Assembly: GCF_006345805.1 (NCBI RefSeq)
Contig: NC_042998.1
Location: 130,138,001 to 130,202,000, forward strand
DNA length: 64,000 nucleotides
Origin: Octopus sinensis
Lineage: Eukaryota
Direction of reading: 5' to 3'
Position 1 is the stretch's first letter. Each line of letters begins with the position of its first letter. The position numbers and the translations under genes are program-made. Positions 29,289 through 40,539 of this stretch are shown one piece after another. The notes under the pieces were generated by a model, which saw nothing but the letters and a program-made list of their open reading frames with translations, was not told the DNA's origin and ran no database searches.

Positions 29289-29865
29289 AAGGTGGCGAGC
29301 TGGCAGAAACTTTAGAACGCCGGGCGAAATGCTTAGCCGTATTTCGTCTGCCGTTACGTTCTGAGTTCAAATTCCGCCGAGGTCGACTTTGCCTTTCATC
29401 CTTTCGAGGTTGATTAAATAAGTACCAGTTACGCACTGTCCTTGCTTATCCTCTCTGTGTTTAGCCCCTTGTGGGTAGTAAAGAAATAGGTATTTCGTCT
29501 GTCTTTACGTTCTGAGTTCAAATTCCACCGAGGTCGACTTTGTCCTTCATCCTTTCGGGGTCGATGAATTAAGTACTAGTTTCGCACTGGGGGTCGATGT
29601 TATCGACTTAATCCCTTTGTCTGTCCTTGTTTGTCCCCTCTATGTTTAGACTCTTGTGGACAATAAAGAAATAAGAAACATTAGCATACCTGGCGAAATG
29701 TTTAGTGGTATTTCGTATGTTTTTACGTTCTGAGTTCAAATTCCGCCGAGGTCAACTTTGCCTTTCATCCTTTCGGTGTCGATAAATTAAGCGCCAGTTG
29801 CATACTGGGGTCGATCTAATCGACTGGCCTCCTCTCCAAAATTTTCGAGCCTTGAAAAGAAGAAT
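29289..29865 (+). mobile_element. Head-to-tail trimer of family A SINE units
   Basis: Three GTTCTGAGTTCAAATTCC.CCGAGGTC motifs (~29358, ~29510, ~29728), joined directly after AATAAAGAAATA-type tails. Confidence 0.8.
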
Positions 29866-30707
29866 ATATGCGTAGGGTTGTGTGTTTGTGCTTGTATATA
29901 TTCTTCTGACATATTCCTTCCACGTACCTATTTACCAGATTCAGTTTGACATATTGCAACAAGGTTGTGCGTATAAATTATAATTACAGTCTACGAAAAT
30001 ACACACAGAAATTCTATGATTGAGACGAAAGGATTTTTGAGGTCACCTCATGGATGCAATGAGAAATGCTTAACTGCTATTTTAAATGCATAGGAATATG
30101 CACGCATGCACACGAATGCCATACACAAGCATGTCCACTCATACATATGTAAAATATATTTAGATATTTATTATTGAAATTTTATATACTTACATGGTAT
30201 GATACTTTTCTTTAATTAGCTCAATCATTAGAATCTAACAACCAAACAAACATGCCGAATAACATACGTACGCAAACACTCCATTCTTCGCGTTGACAGC
30301 ATAAGCAATTTTAATTCGGTGTCTATTTTCGCATGTATGATATTGTTGAGGTTAACAAACGGTGCGTTTATTAAATTCATGTCTAGAATAGGCACTGAAA
30401 TTGAAAGGCATAAAAAAAGACTAAAAAGAAGAGTAAAGAAAAAATACACTGAGTTTCATGTTTTAATTTAGGATATATTTAAGAAATTGGAAACATTTTT
30501 TATTTTCATATTAAAAAATTATTTCGCAAATTATATTGCGCGCGCGCGTGTGTGTGCTTTTGTGTGTATGTGTGAGTGTGTACGTGCGCGTGCGTATACA
30601 TACTATATATATATATATATATATAGATATATATATATATATAGATATATATACAGTTATTTATATATACATATATATGTACCCATATACGTGCATACGT
30701 TACTACA

Positions 30708-30870
30708 AAGGCAGGGCTATGTGGTAAGAAGTTTCCTTCTCAATCACATCGTTCCAGGTTCAGACTCACTGCGTGGCATGTGGGCCAAGTGTCTTCCTCT
30801 ATAGCTTCGGACCGACCAAGACCTTGTGAATGGATTTGCTTGACGGAATCTGAAAGAAGTCTGTCATATA
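30708..30870 (+). mobile_element. 5' half of a family B SINE
   Basis: GGCTATGTGGTAAG...GGTTCAGACTCACTGCGTGGCATGTGGGCCAAGTGTCTTC...CTGAAAGAAG, ending at TATA next to the mariner. Confidence 0.7.
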
Positions 30871-31680
30871 CGACGTGTGGTCCAAATGTATCCGACCTAT
30901 GGCGAAAAAACAAGTAATATTAAAGACTTACAGTTTTGATTTAGTCTCCTTCAAATTATTTGCCTTAGGAGTCTATACACTTCTGGCAGCATTCCTGACA
31001 CTGATGGAAACATTTCTGGAAATCACTTTTTGGGATGCTGTAGAGCTGTGTCATCGAATTTTGCTTGATGTCCTCTCTTGACTCAAATCTCCTCCTTAGT
31101 ATTTTTTGAGGCTTGGGAATAGCCAAGATTCACACGGAGCAGGGTCTGGGGAGTAGGAAGCCTGTTGAACAAGTGGTGTGTTTTCCTTGAGGAAAAATGC
31201 TTGGACGACGTGGGCGGAATGAACGGGTGCGTTGTCATGGTGAGGTTGCCAATTCTTTGTTGCCCACCTTCGGCAACAGTCTCCTCAACAGTCACACGAT
31301 GGTCTTCATAGAATATTCCTCGAACCTTTGCAATTATTTTGTCGTTTCTGTTAGTCGGTGATCTGCCACAATGTGGATCACAGTCCTCTGAGGTGCGGCC
31401 ATCTTTGAATCCGTTGTACTTCTCTTTTATTTCTGCTTTTCCCGTAGCATCATCTCCAAAGGCCTTCTAAATTTTCTCGATAGTCTGGGCTTTCGTATCA
31501 CCAAATATTTTGCATAATTCTATACACTATCTTTGCTCAATGCACTCGGTCATATTTAGACGAAAGTTTTTGCGCATGCTCAGGAAGGACGCGGCCACCT
31601 AATCCCCATGCGGACTTTGCTCACACATTATTGTTTTGTGCCCAAAAAATCAAGATCTGATAATTTTGACACCTTGTCTG
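30871..31680 (-). mobile_element. Internally deleted mariner transposon (pseudogene)
   Basis: Minus strand from ATG 31553: MTECIEQR*CIELCKIFGDTKAQTIEKI..FKDGRTSED..GRSPT..HRVTVEE. It then jumps to LHHDNAPVHS..YSPD..FQKCF..EGD* (stop 30941). Degenerate TIRs at ~30871-30898 and ~31650-31680. Confidence 0.85.
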
Positions 31681-32051
31681 ATTGTGTGTGTGCATATATG
31701 TATATATATGTGTATATATATATGAATATAATCAAAAAAGGGTAATAACATAGATTACTGCCAGTGGCCCAGCACAAAAGACGAATTAGTCATTAGACAA
31801 ACTATTATTCATATAGAAATATTTATATGCATATATATATATATATATATCTGTATATATGGATACGTAGGTGTGTGTGTGTGTATGTGGGTGGGGGTGT
31901 GGTTGGTGGTTGTGTGCGTTTTATGTGATCTGAGGTTCAAGAAGACCGAATTAAGCAATCTGATGTTTTAACAAGAAACAAAATGATGGATAAAAGTAAA
32001 AACCATATAGAAACGTGATATAAACATTCATATAAATAAAAATACAAATAC

Positions 32052-32103
<52 letters not shown>

Positions 32104-33148
32104 TGGATACATATTTATATATGTATATATATATATATACAAATATATGCATACACACACACACACATATATGTATATATATATAATATATAGAAATTCA
32201 GGGTGAGTACTTGATAATTGTAAGCACCTGTATATACCGTTTGGTGGTGTAGGTCGTGGAGTAAATTAATCAAAATAAAAACATGATGCCAAGGACTCAG
32301 CGGTATATATGTTTCGGGCTTTTATTAGAGGGATTTATAACAATGCATAATGTGTGTCTATGGCCTTCTTCAGCCGCGCACAATTACTACCCCAAGGACA
32401 TGTATTACATCAAAAATTCTACGTTGGGGATTCAAATCCTCTCATTCGCGTACGACATAATGCGGCAGCAGCACAAAAATGAAGCGTCCATCTCGTCCTT
32501 CTCCCAATGTAGAATACACATATATATATATTTATATATATATATATATATAGTTATATATATATATATAAACTTAAGCTAACATAAACACATAAAAATA
32601 TAATAATTGCGCACATTTGCAAGAATATCAGGCTTTACATTTTACTGACCTTCATCTTTACCTCATGGAATCAGTTGCAGTAGAATTGATGGAGTCCAGA
32701 ATTTCATATACGAAAAGCAATTTTTACATTTGATGCCTTCGGGTTAAAAAAAGAAAGTGATGTGGAACAATCTAAATCTATTTCGCTGAGTGTTATTTTG
32801 ATAAATCTCTTTACTTCGCGTTGCATAGAATAGGAATGATTCATACAAGATACCAATTAAAGCTTTACAACTTTTGTTTAGGAAAATTAAGACATGAACT
32901 CCAAGTGATGCATTTAAGTTTTATGTCGCTTTATTGATTAGTCTCTAATGAATTACACTTAGAAATATTACATTTTGCTTTTCTTTTTATGAAGTATAGA
33001 AAACAAGGATCACGGTCAAAGAATTATTTATCCACCAATGTGCAACTTCTAACTTCTTCGATATATAGATCAGACATATATAGATATTATATTATTCAAG
33101 TTTATATATATGGTGTATATATATAAAAATATACATACATATATATAT

Positions 33149-33215
<67 letters not shown>

Positions 33216-33621
33216 AAATTTATATATATGTGTATATATATGTAAAAATTATACATATATTATATATATATAATCTATACACGCAAAAACAGGCATATGT
33301 ATAGTCATATATGTGCTATATATACGCGTATAAATGATTTATGTGCATGTGTTGGCTGTGATAGATAATAAGGATGTATACTGCGCACGAAATTCCAATT
33401 TAAGTCACGCACTTCAGATTCCGACTGATTTCCATTTACTAGTTTATGTATATATATATATATATATATATATTTGCGTGTGTATCGGTGATTTCGTGGG
33501 TGTGTGCGTGTGTATGTGCGTCCATGTGAGTATGTTTTGTAAGTACATATACATAAATATAATGTATCTATATATGTTGATGTATATAAGCATAATATGT
33601 ATGTATGCATGTATATCTATC

Positions 33622-33703
<82 letters not shown>

Positions 33704-34154
33704 AATATAGATATATGTATATATATATATATATATATAATATAATATATATATATTATAGAGAGAGAGAGAGAGAGAGATAATCATATTATATACAAAT
33801 TTATAAATGTGTGTACACACTCACACACAACATACAGCACACACACACACAATACACATAGATAAACACAAGCACACACACGTGTGCGTGTAAACTCATT
33901 ATATTTGATAAGATCATAGAGAGAAAGAAATGTAGATAGGAGATGTGAAACTGAATGAAAAATAGAGAACACCAAAATAATAGAGATATCTCTAGGCAGG
34001 CTGACATATATAACCAACATCAACTGATTTAATACACTTTCTAAATCGTACGACTTCCGTGTTTAGAATAGAAGAAACATCACAGCTGGAACAGTATAAC
34101 GAATTATTATGCAGATGTATACATTTACCTACAGACATACATATTTTCTTGTAT

Positions 34155-34210
<56 letters not shown>

Positions 34211-34425
34211 ACTGTATTGTGTACATATATTCGTAATAATATAATTATATATGTATATATGTATATGTGTTTGTGTCTGTGAGTATGTGTGTATATAAAT
34301 ATATATATATATAATTATTAATATTAGGGAAGTTACTTCGAGGCTCACTTACACCTCTCTCTTTCTCTCTCACACTCTCTCTCTCTCTCTCACTCTATCT
34401 GTCTAACTATCTATCTATCTATCTA

Positions 34426-34458
<33 letters not shown>

Positions 34459-35166
34459 CAAAGAGGAACTTGAGAAAGAAAAATCTAGTTATTCTTTGAT
34501 ACACCTGTTTCGTAAAAGTAAAAGGGAAGCACCGATAAAAAAAAGAGCTTCAGAAGTAAGGAAATATAAACATCGGTAAAATCAACACGGTATTTGCATT
34601 GTTGAAAAACGCAGAAAAACAATTCTTGCATTGACTCAAAAATTAAGTTTCGCTCGATTGTTGTTGGAAAATAATTTGCTTCAAAATTTCTTTCTTTGGT
34701 ATTTCATATTGTCTTCTGAAGGCTAGCATGAGCTTCGAGCAATCTCATCATTCTCAGACAAGGAAAAAGATAGCTTTGATGCTAAAATAGAAACATTTTG
34801 TATGTGTATAAAATTGAACGCATATTTGTAATGTTCCAACTTACAGATCTCAAGGTTGTGGCTAGGGGGATGAAGTATCACATTGTGGCATATTCTTTCA
34901 AGGTGAAGCTTATAGGCTACGTGAATTTCGCTGATAAATTTAGTACTTGCACCTAATTCCGGGTACTCCTGCAAGTGCGCGCTAGCATACATATATACAC
35001 ATACATATGCGCGTGCGTGTATATATATATATATTATATATGTGTGTATATATATATATACATACATATAACACGCACGCACACATGCACACGCACACAC
35101 ACATATATACGCATCTCTGTGTGTTTGTGTGCGCATGTGTATACAAACAACACACATAATACATAC

Positions 35167-35204
<38 letters not shown>

Positions 35205-35458
35205 TGAACTTAAAAATGGTCTTTGACTATTAATTTTTTCCCACTAGGCCGCTGGTGGCAAAAAAATTCTACAAAATGTTTTTTGCCACCCTATATTGAT
35301 TAATTATGAATTTTCTGGAATTCCGTAATGGAATCGACGGCTTATATTTATTTGCTGCCGATAAATTGGCGCAGTGCGCGATTGATTGAAAATTTTAGGT
35401 CAGATAACCTTGGCAGGGTCGGAAATGCCTCGTGAAAATATCTGTTCCGACTTGGGCT

Positions 35459-35565
35459 ATTTCTTACTGAAGAATCTGAGGGCCTATGGAAGATTGGCTT
35501 GATTTAATTTAATCAGGTTAGTTTACCATTAAACAGCAGATGAAACGGTGCATCGTATAAGAAAT
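35459..35565 (+). ncRNA. Type I hammerhead ribozyme, copy 1 (predicted cleavage after A35557)
   Basis: Helix I ATTTCTTA 35459-66 / TAAGAAAT 35558-65. Core CTGAAGA 35467-73. Helix II ATCTG 35474-78 / CAGAT 35537-41. GAAA 35542-45. Helix III ACGG-TGCA-TCGT. GTA cleavage triplet. Confidence 0.9.
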
Positions 35566-35943
35566 TACAGGGTAAAGGTTTTTAAATTTTCTCTGGTTAC
35601 GGAATTAATTTTTATTTGCGGTTGAAGCTTTGGCTGTTATTTCTAGGGGTGAATGGCCTATTATGGCCGTTCCTTGATTGTTGATGTTGAACTTAAAAAT
35701 GGTCGTTGACTATTTAATTTTTTCCCACTAGGCCGCTGGTGGCAAAAAAATTCTACAAAATGTTTTTTGCCACCCTATATTGATTAATTATGAATTTTCT
35801 GTTTAATTCCGTAATGGAATCGACGGCTTATATTTATTGTGCCGATAAATTTGGCGCGAGTGCGATGATTTGAAAATTTTAGGTCAGATATTACCTTGGC
35901 AGGGTCGAAATGCCTCGTGAAAATATCTGTTCCGACTGGGGCT

Positions 35944-36050
35944 ATTTCTTACTGAAGAATCTGAGGCCTATGGAAGATTGGCTTGATTTAATTTAATCAG
36001 GTTAGTTTACCATTAAACAGCAGATGAAACGGTGCATCGTATTAAGAAAT
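35944..36050 (+). ncRNA. Type I hammerhead ribozyme, copy 2 (extra T after the cleavage nucleotide)
   Basis: Same core and helices as copy 1, but reads TCGT-A-T-TAAGAAAT, a 1-nt insertion 3' of A36041. Could be a real variant or a sequencing error. Confidence 0.75.
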
Positions 36051-36431
36051 TACAGGGTAATGGTTTTTAAATTTTCTCCTGGTTTACGGAATTAATTTTT
36101 ATTTGCGGTTGAAGCTTTGGCTGTTATTTCTAGTGGGTGAATGGCCTATTATAGCCGTTCCTTGATTGTTGAATGTGAACTTAAAAATGGTCTTTGACTA
36201 TTTAATTTTTTCCCACTAGGCCGCTGGTGGCAAAAACTTCTACAAAATTTTTTTGCCCCCTATATTGATTAATTATGAATTTTCTGTTTAATTCCGTAAT
36301 GGAATCGACGGCTTATATTTATTTGCTGCCGATAAATTTGGCGCGAGTGCGATGATTTGAAAATTTTAGGTCAGATATTACCTTGGCAGGGTCGGAAATG
36401 CCTCGTGAAAATATCTGTTCCGACTTGGGCT

Positions 36432-36538
36432 ATTTCTTACTGAAGAATCTGAGGGCCTATGGAAGATTGGCTTGATTTAATTTAATCAGGTTAGTTTACC
36501 ATTAAACAGCAGATGAAACGGTGCATCGTATAAGAAAT
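36432..36538 (+). ncRNA. Type I hammerhead ribozyme, copy 3 (predicted cleavage after A36530)
   Basis: ATTTCTTA 36432-39, CTGAAGA 36440-46, ATCTG...CAGAT, GAAA, helix III ACGGTGCATCGT, A36530, TAAGAAAT 36531-38. All core nucleotides intact. Confidence 0.9.
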
Positions 36539-36924
36539 TACAGGGTAATGGTTTTTAAATTTTCTCCTGGTTTACGGAATTAATTTTTATTTGCGGTTGA
36601 AGCTTTGGCTGTTATTTCTAGTGGGTGAATGGCCTATTATAGCCGTTCCTTGATTGTTGATGTTGAACTTAAAAATGGTCTTTGACTATTTAATTTTTTC
36701 CCACTAGGCCGCTGGTGGCAAAAAAATTCTACAAAATTTTTTTTTGCCACCCTATATTGATTAATTATGAATTTTCTGGTTAATTCCGTAATGGAATCGA
36801 CGGCTTATATTTATTTGCTGCCGATTAAATTTGGCGCGAGTGCGATGATTTGAAAATTTTAGGTCAGATATTACCTTGGCAGGGTCGGAAATGCCTCGTG
36901 AAAATATCTGTTCCGACTTGGGCT

Positions 36925-37030
36925 ATTTCTTACTGAAGAATCTGAGGGCCTAGGAAGATTGGCTTGATTTAATTTAATCAGGTTAGTTTACCATTAAACA
37001 GCAGATGAAACGGTGCATCGTATAAGAAAT
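36925..37030 (+). ncRNA. Type I hammerhead ribozyme, copy 4 (predicted cleavage after A37022)
   Basis: ATTTCTTA 36925-32, CTGAAGA 36933-39, ATCTG...CAGAT-GAAA, intact helix III, TAAGAAAT 37023-30. One base is missing in the helix II insertion (CCTAGG vs CCTATGG). Confidence 0.9.
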
Positions 37031-37152
37031 TACAGGGTAAAGGTTTTTAAATTTTCTCCTGGTTTAACGGATTATTTTTTTATTTGCGGTTGAAGCTTTG
37101 GCTGTTATTTCTAGTGGGTGAATGGCCTATTATGGCCGTTCCTTGATTGTTG

Positions 37153-37207
<55 letters not shown>

Positions 37208-38960
37208 ATATTGCCAATTACCTCCCCTTAGATTTTTCTACATGCTGATTCATTTGCAAACTCTTATCCAAAGCAACAAGAACTAAAAGTGGACCGCGAA
37301 ACATGAACTGCGAAACCGGTCCACTACTATAATGTTCCATCTTTTAGAATATATCAAAAATATATAAATTGTGTGCATTTCTTTCTCTCGTTATATATAT
37401 TTCCCATTACAACTCACTACGTACGAAATTAGATACACATATACGCATGGCTATTCTAATCTAGAAGTTTTCAGGACTATTCTTTTCCATGAACTTTGTC
37501 TTTGTAAAAGATGCGAAATGGCCCTTGGTTACGTATTTATATAGATCCAAGTCCTTTTGGGTAAGAATCCATCCAAGTTTGCTGATGAAATTGGTTCAGT
37601 AAAATACTTCAAGACACGAGTAAGATAGGGTAAATGTGATTGCTGTAAATTTTACTTATTTGCAGACGAGCTCGTAGCTCTTGCATGGCTTTAATGGAAC
37701 CCACTCAGCTGCACGCATCTGCGAGTTACACACATTTTAGTTGTGAGCAGCTACATCTGTGTACGATGATATCAGACCCAGGTCGTCACATGTATACACA
37801 TATGTAACACACTTACACACACATACACCATGGAAGATACGCTATTAATATCACGTCGTATTTATGATCAACTCAGCAACCAAAATCTACTCAAACTGTA
37901 TCAATGCCATTCCTATCACACCTGTCGCAAAGTCGACGACGACGACAACAACGACAACAACAACAAAAACAGATGATTATTCTGTAGTTTTATTACCGCT
38001 TACTCGTGATATAATCGATGTAACAAAGCCTCATAATCTCATTCTCACCACAGATTCGGAAACCTTGTAAAAGTTCATATGTGTTTGAAATAACCCAATC
38101 TCGATATTGATTTGAAGCATTAGAATGATTGATAAATGAAACTGCTATCGTACAGAATGCCCCGCCATAATTCTGCTGAACGTTTTTGATATTTTTATGC
38201 CGGCCTTTAATTTTGATTTATTAATAGATGTCTTCTGGCAGATGCGTGCCTGTACTTGCATGTTGGTAGGTGTGTGTATGTATATGTGTGATTGTATGCA
38301 TGAGTCTCTGTGTGTGTGTGTGTGTGCGTGTGTATGTGTGTGTTAGAGTGTCGTGGTGCCTCGCAATAATGGTAACAATATGTTCTGTTATATCGTCGCT
38401 GTGGCTGCGTTAGTAATTCTGTCGGTGGGGCAATGGTGGGTTTTATGTCGCTGCGTGATTTGTTTGTTAGAAACATTGCTTGATTAGGATACTTGCCTCT
38501 TGTTGCTGTTTGTTGCGGTTGCGGCGATGGGAGAGGTGTTGGCCTTGATTTTGTTGTTTTGGTCGTGATATCCACGTATACTATGAATAGCTTATGTTTT
38601 CGTGATGCATGTATACGTGTGTACATGTGCCTTTCTGTGTATGATATAATATTGAATGAGTATATCTGCATGCGTTCAATGTTGATCGTGCATGTATATA
38701 CACGCGTGCCTTGATTATATGCGTGTAACACAAAGGATATATATAAAAAAGAGAATTTCAAAAAAAAAAAGAAAAATAGCAAAAGTAAAATGATGAATCA
38801 AGGTAAAGAAAGAAAAGAAAATTTCCTGAATCATCATTAATGGGATTGCATGATTGGAAAACCTACTTCATGTTGTCTCCGTTTAGGGGAAGCAGCATAC
38901 ACACTTAATGGTAATAACACAGATACTGAAACATACTCGCTTGCGTTTATAAAAACATTT

Positions 38961-38991
<31 letters not shown>

Positions 38992-40539
38992 CAATACATA
39001 TGCACACACACACGCGTGTATATATATTGGTTTATGCATATAGCATGCGTGCGCATGTCCGGAGGAACAATAAACGACATAAATGCTATTAAGAGAATAA
39101 AAAGCGAAATACAAAAAATAACGAATTAAAAAAAATGAATTAAAATTGGAAATAGATTATGCAGAAAAAGAAAAAAAATATATGCAGACAAGTAAGGAGC
39201 ACAATAAATAGTTGTATTGTTGTATGTCATTTATGCTTGTTGAGCAATTTTGTTAGTCAGGAAAACTTTGCGTTTTATTTTAAATGTATCAGCATTTTTG
39301 AGATGAAAATGTTCGGAGTGGAAGGTTAAATTTAAAGTCCAAAATACAGTGTCCACAATTAATTTATCACTTGACGTTTCAAATCTGAAGTCATTTCACG
39401 TTTGGGTTCCTCTGGAAGCTTATTTTAGGGTAATCGCAGCAGCAAAGATATATTGATATCGACTTTGTTGATGCTATTGTTGTTACTAGTATTGTGAACT
39501 GGCAGAACCATTGTACGTTGATATTACAGACTCGAGAGAGTGTGTTACAAAATGTCTAGAGCTATTTAGCTACGGCTCTTTACGATTTGAGTTCAATTCT
39601 TTTCACTTCATCTTTGCCTTTCATCATTTCGAGGTTGGTAAAATTAAATACCATCCACGTAAGTGCCAACATGAAATTATGCACTATACGTACGAAATCG
39701 GGTAGACATCACATTTAGCAAAGTATCTCCAAATATCAGTAAGGCGTGCTGTGTCACAAGCATTCGTGAGATTAGCAAATGTTATATACAGGATGTGATT
39801 CTACTTTCTCATCGATCTGTTCTACTGCAAAAGTCATAATAGCAGTTTCCCTACATCATTGTACACATGCATACATATGCGCTTACTTCCATACATAAAA
39901 TGATACATACATACATATATATATATTATATATATATATATTATATATATATATGTCTGTGTATGTGTGTGTGTATGTATGTATGAAATAACGGATGCGA
40001 AAGTAACAAAATGTGGTAGACCAAATTCGCAACATGCTCAAACCTTCTAGAAGGATCAAAATTCCTCTTCAAAGAGGGACAAAAATTCAAAATCAAATTT
40101 AATTGTACTTGTGCTTCAGAAAACCTGATTTATGACATAAGATGCTCGGGCTGCCACCAAAACTACATAGGATCCACGGGATTATCGCTCAGACGTAGAT
40201 ACACTCTGCATCGACAACAGATTGTATTCCCAGAATACAGAATGATACCTTTTAATGAACATATTGATAAATGCGCAAAGCAACTACTACCACAATTTAT
40301 AATCTTTCCATTCTATCAATGAGCTATTTGAACACCAACACATGTTAGATTAAACAAAGAAACCTTCTTTATTGAAAAATATAAGCCAAAACGTAACAAT
40401 TTCTGACATTTTTAAATGAGGAAACTCGCCTCATTGAAAAAATATAAAGCAAAACCTAACCAATTATAACATTCTATTCCTTCTAAACTAAATCAAGTTT
40501 AATTAGTCATTCCCAACATGTTTGATTATCTCCCTTATA

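Larger units (their letters stand above)
35204..37154 (+). mobile_element. Retrozyme-like tandem array: four ~488-bp non-coding units, each with a Type I hammerhead ribozyme
   Basis: Units start TTGAACTTAAAAATGGTC at ~35204, 35687, ~36175 and 36663; the last ends ...CCTTGATTGTTGAT at 37154. (TA)n lies on both sides. No ORF of 60 aa or more falls in the array. One hammerhead per unit, same strand. Confidence 0.88.

Noticed and set aside
35204-37154. Reading the array as a Helitron, CRISPR array or plain satellite
   Set aside because: No TC...CTRR termini at unit ends and no repeat-spacer pattern. A complete ribozyme plus nested pairings explains it better than a featureless satellite.
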